A DNA stretch of 64,000 bases from positions 21,644,029 to 21,708,028 of the forward strand of contig NC_090412.1 in the NCBI RefSeq assembly GCF_036365525.1, given 5' to 3'. The notes below the pieces were generated by a model. That model did not search any database, had not been told where the DNA came from, and saw nothing but the letters and a program-made list of their open reading frames with translations. How positions within the stretch are numbered: the stretch's first letter is position 1; every line of letters begins with the position of its first letter. A program made the position numbers and the translations under genes. This stretch comes from Heterodontus francisci (lineage: Eukaryota). Below are positions 50,886 through 63,620 of the stretch, one piece after another.

Positions 50886-51295
50886 AGCGCTACGAGGAAA
50901 GGCTGAGGGACTTGAGGTTGTTTTCGTTGGAGAGAAGGAGGAGGAGAGGTGACTTAATAGAGACATATAAGATAATCAGAGGGTTAGATAGGCTGGATAG
51001 TGAGAGTCTTTTTCCTCGGATGGTGATGGCAAACACGAGGGGACATAGCTTTAAGTTGAGGGGTGATAGATATAGGACAGATGTCAGAGGTAGTTTCTTT
51101 ACTCAGAGAGTAGTAGGGGCGTGGAACGCCCTGCCTGCAGCAGTAGTAGACTCGCCAACTATAAGGGCATTTAAGTGGTCATTGGATAGACATATGGATG
51201 AAAATGGAATAGTGTAGGTCAGATGGTTTCACAGGTCAGCGCAACATCGAGGGCCGAAGGGCCTGTACTGCGCTGTAATGTTCTAATTCTAATTC
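50886..51295 (+). mobile_element. Young CR1/HER1 3' fragment
   Basis: Uninterrupted ORF end RRRGDLIETYKI..NTRGHSFKL..WNALP; (ttctaa)n tail. Confidence 0.92.
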
Positions 51296-51319
51296 ATTAA
51301 ACTTATAATTAAAACTTAC

Positions 51320-51475
51320 CACAGGCTGATATGAAGGAAATAACTCCCCAACGAAGAACATGAACAGCATAAAGCCTACAAAGCCACCCAAATGTTTAAC
51401 CATAGTAATCCAGTCCACAGGACTTGGAGAGGTGTCCACACGATTCCTAATGAACATGTCGAAATCCCAGTGCAT
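51320..51475 (-). CDS. NDUFB8: NDUFB8 exon 4 (MHWDFDMFIRNRVDTSP...YQPV), includes the TM helix
   Basis: ttctag acceptor, GTG|gtaagt donor, 156 nt; RNRVDTSP motif. Confidence 0.97.
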
Positions 51476-52024
51476 CTAGAAAAAGTAATTTTAAAAGATG
51501 TTAAGTGAGGTTTAAAACAGAATTTTTAAAACTTGGATGATTCTATACGGTGCCATATAAATACAAGTGTCTCAAAGTACCTCAAAAAAATTACTTTGTC
51601 GGTTGCAATGACAATCATTAGGTGGGTAAAATATTGAAGACATTTTATGCCATCATCAAATCGATGACTGAATACCTAATTTGCTTCCTTACTGGTGTAA
51701 ACTGAGGTGGTATGTTGGCCAGGAAACAGGAAAATCTTCCAGCTTTTCTTAGAATAATGTGATAGCACCTTTACTGTCCGAAACAGGCAGATGGGACCTC
51801 TAGACAGTGCGGCATTTCCTCAGTGGTGCACTGCACTATAGGAACATAAGAGCAGGAGTAAGCCATTCTATTGACATAGATCACATGCGCAAGCTTTGGT
51901 GTGGAACTTAAAAGCAACACTTTCCGACCGAGAGACAAAATGCTATCAACAGAGCCAAGCTGACATCCAACATTTAAACTACGGACAAGACAAAAATTTT
52001 TTTTAATTCTTTCAGTTATTTGCA

Positions 52025-52460
52025 GCTTTTCTCATAGCAAAGCTCTCAGAAGATTGTAGGTTCAAGCTCCACTCCGGGGATTTGAGCCCATCATCTAGGT
52101 TTACCAAAGCAGTGAAGTACGAGGGAATGCTGCATTGTTGGAGGTGCCATCTTTTGGATGAGATGATAAACAGAGATCCTGACTGCTTGTTTAAGTGGAT
52201 GTAAAATATCCCATGGTAACTTTTCAGTGAAGAACTGGGGGAGTTTTCCTGATATCCTGGCCAACATTTATTTCTCAACCAACAACACCCGAGCAGATTA
52301 GCTGATCATTCCTCTCAGTGCTCTTCTTGGAACCTTGCTGTGCACAAATTGGCTGCCGCATTTGTCTACGTAACAGTGACTACCATGTAATTGACCATGA
52401 AGCACTCCCAGGCATCCTGAGGACATTGAGGTGTTTTATAAATGCAAGATCTTTCTTTCC
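52025..52460 (+). mobile_element. Deu-domain SINE
   Basis: Same family as 13728-14142. Confidence 0.8.
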
Positions 52461-52875
52461 TTCTCACCATTAACAACTTGTTCAGAATGTTTAATCAATA
52501 AAAATAAAAGAATCAGAAGTTTTTGCTCTTCCAATGGCTCAGTGGATAAACACACCTCATCAGGTACTGAGCCATACGACCAGGAAGATCCCACACTTTA
52601 TTCCCAGATCTTGCCTACGTAACTGATCTCAACCAGGACAATCACAACATTATAACATTCCAATGACCTCAGTGCCACAAATTAGGAGGAACAAAATATC
52701 AACCACGCTCCCATACTCGTGCTTGTTGTCCAATGACCCCTATGTGGAACTGCACGTGCCCACACTGAATCAGGATTAGGTTTAATTATGATGCACCCAT
52801 AAAGTTGAACAGAAATAACACTTTTGCTTTTACACTTTTTTTTTGGAAAATGAGTTAAAGCCAGGAAAGTGGTCA

Positions 52876-53195
52876 TAGAGTCATCAAGAGAGATACAGCA
52901 CTGAAACAGGCCCTTCAGCCCACCATCAACCACCCATTTATACTAATCCTACATTAATCCCATATTCCCACCACCTTCCCTGAATTCTCCTACCACCTAC
53001 CTACACTAGGGGCCATTTACAATGGCCAATTTACCCCTCAACCTGCAAGTCTTTGGCTGTGGGAGGAAACCGGAGCACCCGGTGGAAACCCACGCGGTCA
53101 CAGGGAGAACTTGCAAACTCCGCACAGGCAGTACCCAGAACCGAACCCAGGTTGCTGGAGCTGTGAGGCTGCGGTGCTAACCACTGCGCCGCCCC
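52876..53195 (-). mobile_element. HE1-type V-SINE
   Basis: tRNA head gggcggcgcagtggttagcacc, V-domain, CR1 tail. Confidence 0.9.
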
Positions 53196-53277
53196 TTCAG
53201 ACATTTTCAATACTTTAGCCAGGAACAATAAACTTTGAGCCAACTGGACAGGATTGCTACATAGGCTCTCAGCTTAC

Positions 53278-53377
53278 CGGTTCACCCCAGTTTCTTCGCA
53301 GATCAGGTTCGTCCCAAACGTACCACGGGTCTCGCTCTTGTTGCGACCGGTCCAGCAGTTTTGGGTAGTCACCAAAT
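53278..53377 (-). CDS. NDUFB8: NDUFB8 exon 3 ([33 protein letters not shown])
   Basis: caacag acceptor, CCG|gtaagc donor, 100 nt. Confidence 0.97.
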
Positions 53378-54419
53378 CTGTTGCGAGGAAAATAAACTTT
53401 CAATTTTACTCTAAAGACTGAAGCTACAATAGTTACTCAGGTTCTAACATTCTTCTGAACCCAGTGTAAGACAAAGACAGAGAAGGGAAGAAACAAACAA
53501 TGGTCGACATTAAAGAAAACACACCATAGTATGGATGTATTGTTCAGCACATAAATAACTCATCCAACTTTCCAGTGAAATTATTTCTTCAGTCATTTTA
53601 ACCTCTACAAATTATTCAGTTGGAAAGTCTGCTAATTTTCTATTCTCTTTTTTATCACATCAATATTTTCTACCGACCCCTCTGCTATAAACAAAGATGC
53701 TTTCACATCAAATTTCAATCAAATGTGTTATTTATTTCATGGACAGATCCATTGTTATTCAGTTCAATAAACATTGTACTCCATGGGAACCCGGGACCTA
53801 CCCTCTGCAAGTCAGCAGAACTGCAAATACTTTACATAATTCATTTTTTCCTCAATAGGATGAGTTGATATCTTCTGGCATTGTTGATAGAAAATATGGT
53901 TTAAAAATTATCTCTCTCTCCCACTGACTACCTTTTGCACCTCTTCCAATCTACAATAACTTTTTCCATCTTCTGCCATTTTTTTGTTTGTTCTTTCGCT
54001 CCCTCACACACACTTCTCTCACCATTGCTTTAGCAGTTCATCAAAAAAAAAACACCAGGTTCACTAATATCCTTCAGAGAAGGAAATCTGCTGTCCTTAT
54101 CCAATCTGGCTGATATCTGATTCCAGATCCACACAAATGTGGTTGACTCTTAAGTGCCCTCTAAAATGTTCTAGCAACCCACTCAGTTGTATTGATGAAG
54201 GCAACTCATGACCATCTTCACAAGGACAAATGGGGTTGGGCAATAAATGTTGGCCTTGCCCACATCCCATGAATGAATAAAAAAAAAATTAAAGCCAGAA
54301 ACCAAACTTTGCTGAAATAAGTTTCTATTAGATTTTCTTCTCCAATGCATGAAATTTTGGTACACCTCTGATTTTCATTATCCAAAGGAATAAAACCCAT
54401 TTTACAGAAATAAACTCAC

Positions 54420-54546
54420 CCCATTCCATTATCAGGGTACGGCTCATAATCTTCGACCCTCATATTGTACTTCTTTGCTGCTATTGCTCTTTCCTCTGGT
54501 GTTCTGGGATACGGACCTGGCAGCATGTCCTTAGAAAGGCCGGAGG
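54420..54546 (-). CDS. NDUFB8: NDUFB8 exon 2 ([43 protein letters not shown])
   Basis: tcacag acceptor, GG|gtgagt donor, 127 nt. Confidence 0.97.
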
Positions 54547-55368
54547 CTGTGAAGCAAAACCTAAAGTATTAACAAAATCAACTAGATTTTAACCTTGCAC
54601 CCTTTCTCTCTTTGAGAAAAAAATGTTTCCCCCACTTCTGTCTGGGACGCACAGCACGAGCAGAACAGAAGATCTGTATCCAGGCTACAGGACATGTTGC
54701 TTTGTAACCAGCCACTGGGAGATTTCAAGGAGTTCGCCTGGGTGACATATTCAGTAAAATTTTTCCTACTGCCCTTTCTTCTCATTGGCACTTTCTCCAA
54801 ACACACAGTTCAGGGTTGTGGGAAGTAACATGCAGCAACAGTGGAAATTAACTCTGATTCAATGTCAGTACACATATGGTCACTAAAGTATATACATGAA
54901 GCTTGTGGCTACATCATTAAAAATGAATCCATCCTCTCAAATACAGAGGATGAGGTTCCATACTGGACAGTGACTCAGCTAAACATCTCATCCAAAAAAT
55001 TATACCTCAACATTCCCTAACTCCTGAATGAAGAATGCCTGGACTGGGGATTAAAGCCATGACCTTCTGACTGAGGCAAAAATGCTACCACTCAGGCAGG
55101 TTGGCAATTATCAATGAGAGATCACAGGTTTGATTTTAGCTTGGTTTACAATTTCTCCCTCTTTCTGAGAATAAATCTGATCTTTACCATTTGCCCCAAA
55201 GTGCCAGCCCTGATAGATAGAGCAGTGTCTGAGGTTGATGCCAAACCCTGGGCCTGACCCCTAACCCCATTCTCCCCATCTCCAAGGTTACTGCACTTTG
55301 ATTGATACCCACGTTACGAACCCCCTTCAGTGACGTTTACAACCTCTCGTTAAGTGACGAGTACTCAC

Positions 55369-55459
55369 CAGCCCGGGCCCAGGCCAAGCTCCCCGCTGGC
55401 TGCAGGCTCTTCCTTAAGCCTCTGCTCAGGGAGCGAAGCCAGCAGCTGCTCATCGCCAT
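55369..55459 (-). CDS. NDUFB8: NDUFB8 exon 1, mitochondrial targeting peptide (MAMSSCWLRSLSRGLRKSLQPAGSLAWARA)
   Basis: ATG at 55459 (alternative 55453), G|gtgagt donor, phase 1 matches exon 2; Arg/Ser/Leu-rich with no acidic residues. Confidence 0.9.
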
Positions 55460-55848
55460 CGCGCCTTCCCGTATGACGCAGGCGCAGAAGGAGAGACAGT
55501 ACTGCGCAGGCGTATTGGACATCAACCCGCGCACGGTCAAGGGGAGGTGAGCACCGTCATTGCGCCGCCGGCACCTGCAAGGCGACTAATTCCTCCTGAG
55601 CACCAGAGGGCGCAGTGCGTTCAGGTTCCTCCGCCCTGGGAGGAGCTGTTGCCAAGGGGGCGGTCTGGTCCTCCGGCCTGACGGGGGCAGTGTACAGGGG
55701 GTCTGCGCATTTCGGTGGAGCCGCAGCGTCCTGTTACCGTTACCGGATGGTGAGGTCTGTAGTGTTGAGCGGGTCACTGTTGGGCTATTGCTGTTTCTCT
55801 GCCGGTTGATCTTCTGAGCGGAGCCGGACTCCTGGGAAGTGTCAGGCC
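55460..55848. promoter_or_regulatory. Bidirectional CpG-island promoter NDUFB8/HIF1AN
   Basis: 389 bp between divergent ATGs; NRF1-like CGCAGGCGCA (~55477) and TGCGCAGGCG (~55503); CTCF-like CACCAGAGGGCGCAG (55601). Confidence 0.8.
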
Positions 55849-55980
55849 ATGGCGGAGCGGAGTGGCGATGACAGCCGGGAATGGAGCGAGCTTCAGCTGA
55901 GGAAATACACCTTCCCGACCAAGGACATCCCCAGGATGTCTCACAGCGACCCGCGGGTCGAGGCGCTAATAGACAATGAG
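55849..55980 (+). CDS. HIF1AN: HIF1AN (FIH-1, HIF asparaginyl hydroxylase) exon 1 (MAERSGDDSREWSELQLRKYTFPTKDIPRMSHSDPRVEALIDNE)
   Basis: Kozak gccATGG, GAG|gtaaag donor; matches FIH W.E.QLR.Y.FPT..IPR.S.SDPR.E.LI.NE; exon 2 not found in the window. Confidence 0.95.
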
Positions 55981-56032
55981 GTAAAGATGGGCAGAGGGCA
56001 GGGTGAGGGGACTGGGAGGTGAGTGTCTGTGA

Positions 56033-58852
56033 AGCACTGTCTGTCCCGGAGAGGGAAACACAGTCTGTCCCGGGGAGAGGGAAACACAGTCTGTCCCGGA
56101 GAGGGAAACACAGTCTGTCCCGGGGAGAGGGAAACACAGTCTGTCCCGGGGAGAGGGAAACACAGTCTGTCCCGGGGAGAGGGAAACACAGTCTGTCCCG
56201 GGGAGAGGGAAACACAGTCTGTCCCGGGGAGAGGGAAACACAGTCTGTCCCGGGGAGAGGGAAACACAGTCTGTCCCGGGGAGAGGGAAACACAGTCTGT
56301 CCCGGGGGAGAGGGAAACACAGTCTGTCCGGGGGAGAGGGAAACACAGTCTGTCCCGGGGAGAGGGAAACACAGTCTGTCCCGGGGAGAGGGAAACACAG
56401 TCTGTCCGGGGGAGAGGGAAACACAGTCTGTCCCGGGGAGAGGGAAACACAGTCTGTCCCGGGGAGAGGGAAACACAGTCTGTCCCGGGGAGAGGGAAAC
56501 ACAGTCTGTCCCGGGGAGAGGGAAACACAGTCTGTCCCGGGGAGAGGGAAACACAGTCTGTCCCGGGGGAGAGGGAAACACAGTCTGTCCGGGGGAGAGG
56601 GAAACACAGTCTGTCCCGGGGAGAGGGAAACACAGTCTGTCCCGGGGAGAGGGAAACACAGTCTGTCCGGGGGAGAGGGAAACACAGTCTGTCCCGGGGA
56701 GAGGGAAACACAGTCTGTCCCGGGGGAGAGGGAAACACAGTCTGTCCCGGGGAGAGGGAAACACAGTCTGTCCCGGGGAGAGGGAAACACAGTCTGTCCC
56801 GGGGAGAGGGAAACACAGTCTGTCCGGGGGAGAGGGAAACACAGTCTGTCCGGGGGAGAGGGAAACACAGTCTGTCCCGGGGAGAGGGAAACACAGTCTG
56901 TCCCGGGGAGAGGGAAACACAGTCTGTCCGGGGGAGAGGGAAACACAGTCTGTCCCGGAGAGGGAAACACAGTCTGTCCCGGAGAGGGAAACACAGTCTG
57001 TCCCGGGGAGAGGGAAACACAGTCTGTCCCGGGGAGAGGGAAACACAGTCTGTCCGGGGGAGAGGGAAACACAGTCTGTCCGGGGGAGAGGGAAACACAG
57101 TCTGTCCGGGGGAGAGGGAAACACAGTCTGTCCCGGGGAGAGGGAAACACAGTCTGTCCCGGGGAGAGGGAAACACAGTCTGTCCCGGGGAGAGGGAAAC
57201 ACAGTCTGTCCCGGGGAGAGGGAAACACAGTCTGTCCGGGGGAGAGGGAAACACAGTCTGTCCGGGGGAGAGGGAAACACAGTCTGTCCCGGGGAGAGGG
57301 AAACACAGTCTGTCCCGGGGAGAGGGAAACACAGTCTGTCCCGGGGAGAGGGAAACACAGTCTGTCCCGGGGAGAGGGAAACACAGTCTGTCCCGGGGAG
57401 AGGGAAACACAGTCTGTCCCGGGGAGAGGGAAACACAGTCTGTCCGGGGGAGAGGGAAACACAGTCTGTCCCGGGGAGAGGGAAACACAGTCTGTCCCGG
57501 GGGAGAGGGAAACACAGTCTGTCCCGGGGGAGAGGGAAACACAGTCTGTCCCGGGGGAGAGGGAAACACAGTCTGTCCGGGGGAGAGGGAAACACAGTCT
57601 GTCCCGGGGAGAGGGAAACACAGTCTGTCCCGGGGAGAGGGAAACACAGTCTGTCCCGGGGAGAGGGAAACACAGTCTGTCCCGGGGAGAGGGAAACACA
57701 GTCTGTCCCGGGGAGAGGGAAACACAGTCTGTCCCGGGGAGAGGGAAACACAGTCTGTCCCGGGGAGAGGGAAACACAGTCTGTCCCGGGGAGAGGGAAA
57801 CACAGTCTGTCCCGGGGAGAGGGAAACACAGTCTGTCCCGGGGAGAGGGAAACACAGTCTGTCCCGGGGAGAGGGAAACACAGTCTGTCCCGGGGAGAGG
57901 GAAACACAGTCTGTCCCGGGGAGAGGGAAACACGGTCTGTCCCGGGGAGAGGGAAACACGGTCTGTCCCGGGGAGAGGGAAACACGGTCTGTCCGGGGGA
58001 GAGGGAAACACGGTCTGTCCGGGGGAGAGGGAAACACGGTCTGTCCGGGGGAGAGGGAAACGCGGTCTGTCCCGGAGAGGGAAACGCGGTCCGTCCGGGG
58101 GAGAGGGAAACGCGGTCCGTCCGGGGGAGAGGGAAACGCGGTCCGTCCGGGGGAGAGGGAAACGCGGTCCGTCCGGGGGAGAGGGAAACGCGGTCCGTCC
58201 GGGGGAGAGGGAAACGCGGTCCGTCCGGGGGAGAGGGAAACGCGGTCCGTCCGGGGGAGAGGGAAACGCGGTCCGTCCGGGGGAGAGGGAAACGCGGTCC
58301 GTCCGGGGGAGAGGGAAACGCGGTCCGTCCGGGGGAGAGGGAAACGCGGTCCGTCCGGGGGAGAGGGAAACGCGGTCCGTCCGGGGGAGAGGGAAACGCG
58401 GTCCGTCCGGGGGAGAGGGAAACGCGGTCCGTCCGGGGGAGAGGGAAACGCGGTCCGTCCGGGGGAGAGGGAAACGCGGTCCGTCCGGGGGAGAGGGAAA
58501 CGCGGTCCGTCCGGGGGAGAGGGAAACGCGGTCCGTCCGGGGGAGAGGGAAACGCGGTCCGTCCGGGGGAGAGGGAAACGCGGTCCGTCCGGGGGAGAGG
58601 GAAACGCGGTCCGTCCGGGGGAGAGGGAAACGCGGCCCGTCCGGGGGAGAGGGAAACGCGGCCCGTCCGGGGGAGAGGGAAACGCGGCCCGTCCGGGGGA
58701 GAGGGAAACGCGGCCCGTCCGGGGGAGAGGGAAACGCGGCCCGTCCCGGGGAGAGGGAAACGCGGCCCGTCCCGGGGAGAGGGAAACGCGGCCCGTCCCG
58801 GGGAGAGGGAAACGCGGCCCGTCCCGGGGAGAGGGAAACGCGGCCCGTCCCA
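56033..58852. repeat. 26-bp minisatellite, roughly 108 units (cagtctgtcccggggagagggaaaca)
   Basis: Direct periodicity with 24- and 28-bp variants; count estimated as length/26. Confidence 0.98.
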
Positions 58853-58884
58853 GACGGGGCGGCACAGCCTGCCCCGGAGAGCGT

Positions 58885-59210
58885 AGCACGGCGCACAGTC
58901 TGCCCTGGAGGTGGGGGAGGCACAGCGCACAGTCTGCCCTGGAGGTGGGGGAGGCACAGCGCACAGTCTGCCCTGGAGGTGGGGGAGGCACAGCGCACAG
59001 TCTGCCCTGGAGGTGGGGGAGGCACAGCGCACAGTCTGCCCTGGAGGTGGGGGAGGCACAGCGCACAGTCTGCCCTGGAGGTGGGGGAGGCACAGCGCAC
59101 AGTCTGCCCTGGAGGTGGGGGAGGCACAGCGCACAGTCTGCCCTGGAGGTGGGGGAGGCACAGCGCACAGTCTGCCCTGGAGGTGGGGGAGGCACAGCAC
59201 AGACTGTCCC
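58885..59210. repeat. 34-bp minisatellite, ~9 units (gcacagtctgccctggaggtgggggaggcacagc)
   Basis: Direct periodicity; shares cacagtctg with the 26-mer. Confidence 0.97.
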
Positions 59211-59219
59211 ATTGGTGGA

Positions 59220-59992
59220 ATTTTTTTTAATTCTTTCATGGGATGTGCACGTTGCTGGCTAGGCCATCATTTATTGCCCATCCCTAATTGCCCTTGAGAA
59301 GGTGGTGGTGAGCCGCCGCCTTGAACTGCTGCAGTCCATGTGGTGTAAGTACACCACTGTGCTGTTGGGGAGTGAGTTCCAGGATTTTGACGCAGCAACA
59401 GTGAAGGAACAGCGATATAGTTCCAAGTCAGGATGGTGTGTCACTTGGAGGGGAACCTGCAGGTGGTGGTGTTCCCATGCATTTGCTGCCCTTGTCCTTC
59501 TAGGTGGTAAAGGTCGTGGGTTTGGAAGGTGCTGTTGAAGGAGCCTTTGTGAGTTGCTGCAGTGCATCTTGTAGATACTACTCACTGCTGCAACTGTGTT
59601 GGTGGTGGGGGAGTGAATGTTGAAGGTGGTGGATGGGGTGCCAATGAAGTGGACTGCTTTGTCCTGGATGGCGTTGAGCTTCTTGAGTGTTTTTGGGTTA
59701 CATTTATCCAGACAAGTGGGGAGTATTCCATCACACTCCTGACTTGTGCCTTGGTGGACAGGCATCGGGGAGTCAGGAGTTATTCGCTGCAGAATTCCCA
59801 TCCTTTGACCTGCTTTTTGCAGCCACAGTATTTATGTGGCTGGCCCAATTCAGTTTTGGTCAATGGTAACCCCTAGGATATTGATGGGGGAGTCAGCGAT
59901 CATAATGCCATTGAATGTCAAGGGGAGATGGTTAGATTCTCTCGTTGGGGATGGTTATTGCCTGGCACTTATGTGACATGAATGTTACTTGC
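59220..59992 (-). mobile_element. CR1/L2-group LINE 3' fragment (same family as 45470-46262)
   Basis: TLKKLNAIQDKAVHFIG, SKSWNSLPNSTV; same tail. Confidence 0.87.
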
Positions 59993-62029
59993 GTAAGTAC
60001 AGCACTGTCTGTCCCAGAGGGGGAAATGTGGCACTGTCTCTGGGTGCTTGTTGTGTGAAAATTGTCGACCATGTTTTCTACATTACAACAGTGACTACAC
60101 TGGGAGAAGTATTTCATTGACTCTTTGGGGCTTCCTGATATTATGAAAGATGCTATAAAAATGCAAATCTTTCCTTCAAAAAGATAATTCCATTTATCAC
60201 AAACCAATCTGAAATGGTTTCAAGTACTTCACTTACAATGACTTTGAAAAACAATGTGTTAACAAGGCAAATGTGGCAGCCATTTTGCACACCGCAGGAT
60301 CACACACAGAGCAATGAGCCGAATTGCCAGTCAATCTGTTTTTGGTGATAATAGAGGGAGAAATGCTGGCCACAACACTGACAATCCTTACTGATCATCT
60401 TCAAATGGTTCCCTTGAATCATCAGTGTTCACCTCAACCACCAGAAGAGTCACCTGGGGCCTTGCATTAATGTTTCATCCAAACAGGGACACCTTCTACA
60501 GTGCAGTGCTCCCGCAATACTTTGTTAGAATGGTAGCTCAGACGTGCTGAAATGATGGAATGGGGGCAGAGCAAGCAAATGATGTATTGCACAGCAAAGG
60601 GCAATGTTATTGGGAAATAGCATGCAACAGACAAGCAGCTGAAGAGAATGAAGAGGAATGGTCAGATTATGTACGCCAGAGGAAGAATTATTACCATACA
60701 GCAAGGTGTTAGAGGTCGGGTTTTATATGCCAGGTTATCCTCTGTATAATACAGTCTGCACACAAGCATACACTTGGGTGTCAAGAACATGGTAGTATCC
60801 ATACACAGACTATCTTCTAGCAACTTAGGCATCATAGTATGATGAGATGGGGAGAGAATAAATTACCCATTACAAAGAGTCTTTAGTAAAAAGGGGGACA
60901 ATGACTTTCCCTGGTTGCTCAGCTGTAATAATAGTCTCTTGTATGGCACTGAGCCAAGCCCCTGCTTCAGTATGTAGGTTGTGTTGAGTTAGTTGTTCTC
61001 AGCCATGGTAGAATAATTATCAACATTAACCTTGCAGCTCAGGTTTCCACTCTGGATTGCCATCCAACGGCCCCCTGCTACAAGGTGTGTGTGAGGGCGT
61101 GCGTGGCTAGGGCAAGATTGAATTCTGCTGTGAAGCCTCCTCACAAATGCGAATAGCCTTTAGAGACCATCAGATGAAGAATGCCCAGGGGTATGAGAAG
61201 CTGGAGCATTCGTGGAGACATTCCATGCAAATGGTAATGGAAGAGAAAGCAAGAAATTCATGGCCAAAGAGGCCAAATAGGAACTTGGAAGAAAAAGGTC
61301 TTTGGAGAAAGTCGTACATTAATGTACAGTGGAAAGGCTAATAGACTGGGAGAAATGTCAGTGAAGTTGTAAGTGAGGATAAGGGCGTGTATGTATCTCT
61401 CGCTGCGCGAGATGTGTCAGGCCACAGTAATGCAGGGAATTGATTAGAACGCACTGTAACATTAGTGAATTGTTTACAGCTGACATCAGTCTAAGAAGGT
61501 GATGAGGCAGCTTGATGAAATGCAAGCAGTGTGCCAGAGGAACGTAGTCAATATCCAGGCAGGATGTGAGTGTGGGACTTGAATTTACTGCATCACATAT
61601 AGACGTTCTGTCACTCAACCAGTCTCAGTGCTTTAGTTATGGGGTACAGAGTACACGGAAGGGATTTAAGTTTCTTTACTTTTGAACTGATTAGTCACTA
61701 ACGTACTGTCATTTCATGCTAAATATTAAGTGATTGATCAAATATTTGGCTTATGTTGAACTGCTGATAAACCTGTCCTACGTTAACCATTTTGGCAACA
61801 GTACTGGAAAATTCCACTCATCTCAAAGCAAGTGATATGTTCTCCACCTCCTGTGAACTGATAACAGAAAGGGATTATGCAGTTTTAGCAGTCGCCGCCC
61901 CGTGTTTATCTCTCGCTCTCCTAAACATCCCCACACCTTTGTCTCTGTTTACTAAAAAACCTCTTGGTCTGACACCATTCAGTTTACACTGTAGCTTCAC
62001 AAGTAAATTTCTATGAGCTACATTTAAAG

Positions 62030-62455
62030 GAAAGCACCTTTCATGACCTTAGGGCGTCCCAAAGCACTTTACAACCCCAAATGCTTTTGAAGTGTAGTCA
62101 TTATTGTAATATAGGAAAAGCGGCTGACAATTTGTACACAGCAAGCACCCGCCAACAACAATGAGATAATGACCAGATAATCTCTTGTGATTAACATAAA
62201 TAATGTTGGTTGAGGGATGTAAATATTGGCCAGGAAACCATAGAAAAAATTCCCTGCACTTTTCCAAGTAACACCATGCAATGTTCTACATTCACTTGAG
62301 AGCAGACAGGGCCTCGGTTTAACGTTCATAGGAAAGGCAGTACCTCCGCGCTGGAGTGCCAGCCTAGATTTTGTGCTCAGGTCTTCGTCATGGGTCTTGA
62401 ACCCATAACATCCTGGCTTGGAGCTAGAGTGCTACCAACTGAGCTACAACTGACG
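62030..62455 (-). mobile_element. Deu-domain SINE
   Basis: Reverse complement of the family, including the tRNA head. Confidence 0.8.
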
Positions 62456-62957
62456 CCAGTTGTAACATTTTGCTTCGCATAGTGCCGCAGTGAGGGGTCT
62501 CTTCCTATTCCCCCTCCGCAAAATCCCCATCTCCCTCTGACTTCATTCATTAGTAGTACGTTTGCCTCTGAGTCTGGTAGGTTGTGGGATCAAACGCTGC
62601 TCCAGAGACTCGAGAAAATAATCTAGATCAGTGCAGTATTCAGAGAGTAGTGCAATGTCAGAGGTGCTCAATGAGATGTTAAACTGAGACCCCATAAAGA
62701 GCAGGGCCACTAATTTACGATGACTTAATATATTTAATCCTGTTTTTAAGCAAACAGATTCTGGAATTTTTGCTCACATTTTTGGAATTGTGTTCTGCAG
62801 TTCCATCTGTTTAGAATTTGGTACATCGGTTTAAGTTAAATACTATTTTTAGTACATGGGGTGTCAGAAGTTTCACCAATCTTTTGGGATTTTGGGAATG
62901 CATTCCATGAAAACAGCAAATCTGTGGCCTTGTCCTTGAATGTTGGCAATACTGTCT

Positions 62958-63620
62958 CAGCCTCAACTCAATGGTAATACTCTTGGCTCCGAGGTCAGAA
63001 GATCCTGAGTTCAAACCCCCTTCACAGACTTGGCTACATAAAGTGGGTTTAACACTTCATTGCAGTACTGAGTTAGTGGTGCATTGTTGGAAGTTTCTGT
63101 TTTTGATTGAGGTTTTTAAACCAAGTCTGCACTCTCAGGTGAATGTAAAAGATCATAAGGCACAATTTGGAGAAGAGCGGGGAGCTTTTCCAGTGTGCTG
63201 ACCAATATTTATCCCTCAACCAAGCCGACGAACACAGATCATCTGGTCATTTGTCTCATGGTTATTTGTAGGAGCTTGCTGTGTGCAACATGTTACCAAA
63301 GGTGATACGAGGAAAAGCTTTTTTACGCAGCATGTGGTTATGATCTGCAGTGCACTGCCTGAGACGGTAGTGGAGGCAGATTCAGTCGTGGCTTTCAGAA
63401 AGAATTGGATATGCGCCTGAAGAGAGAAAAATTGCAGGGCTACAAGGAAAGAGTGGGGGGAATGGGACTAGCTAAATTGCTCTTGCAGAGAGCTGGCATG
63501 GACTCGATAAGCTGAATGGCCTCCTCCTGTGCTGTAATCATCAGAAGTGGCTGGGAATAGGTTTGGGGCATCCTAAGGCGGTATAAAATGTTGTATATAA
63601 ATGGAAGTTCTTTTTCTCGT
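62958..63620 (+). mobile_element. Deu-domain SINE interrupted by a CR1 3' end (~63295-63545)
   Basis: SINE body to 63290, CR1 UTR, then SINE tail tgtatataaatggaagttctttt. Confidence 0.75.

Noticed and set aside
56033-58852. CRISPR-like regular repeat
   Set aside because: Head-to-tail units without unique spacers, no cas genes, vertebrate context
55586-59297. Five ORFs of 955-1217 aa plus shorter overlapping ones
   Set aside because: Artefacts of stop-free 26- and 34-bp units; the same periodic peptide appears in several frames on both strands, and the array lies in HIF1AN intron 1
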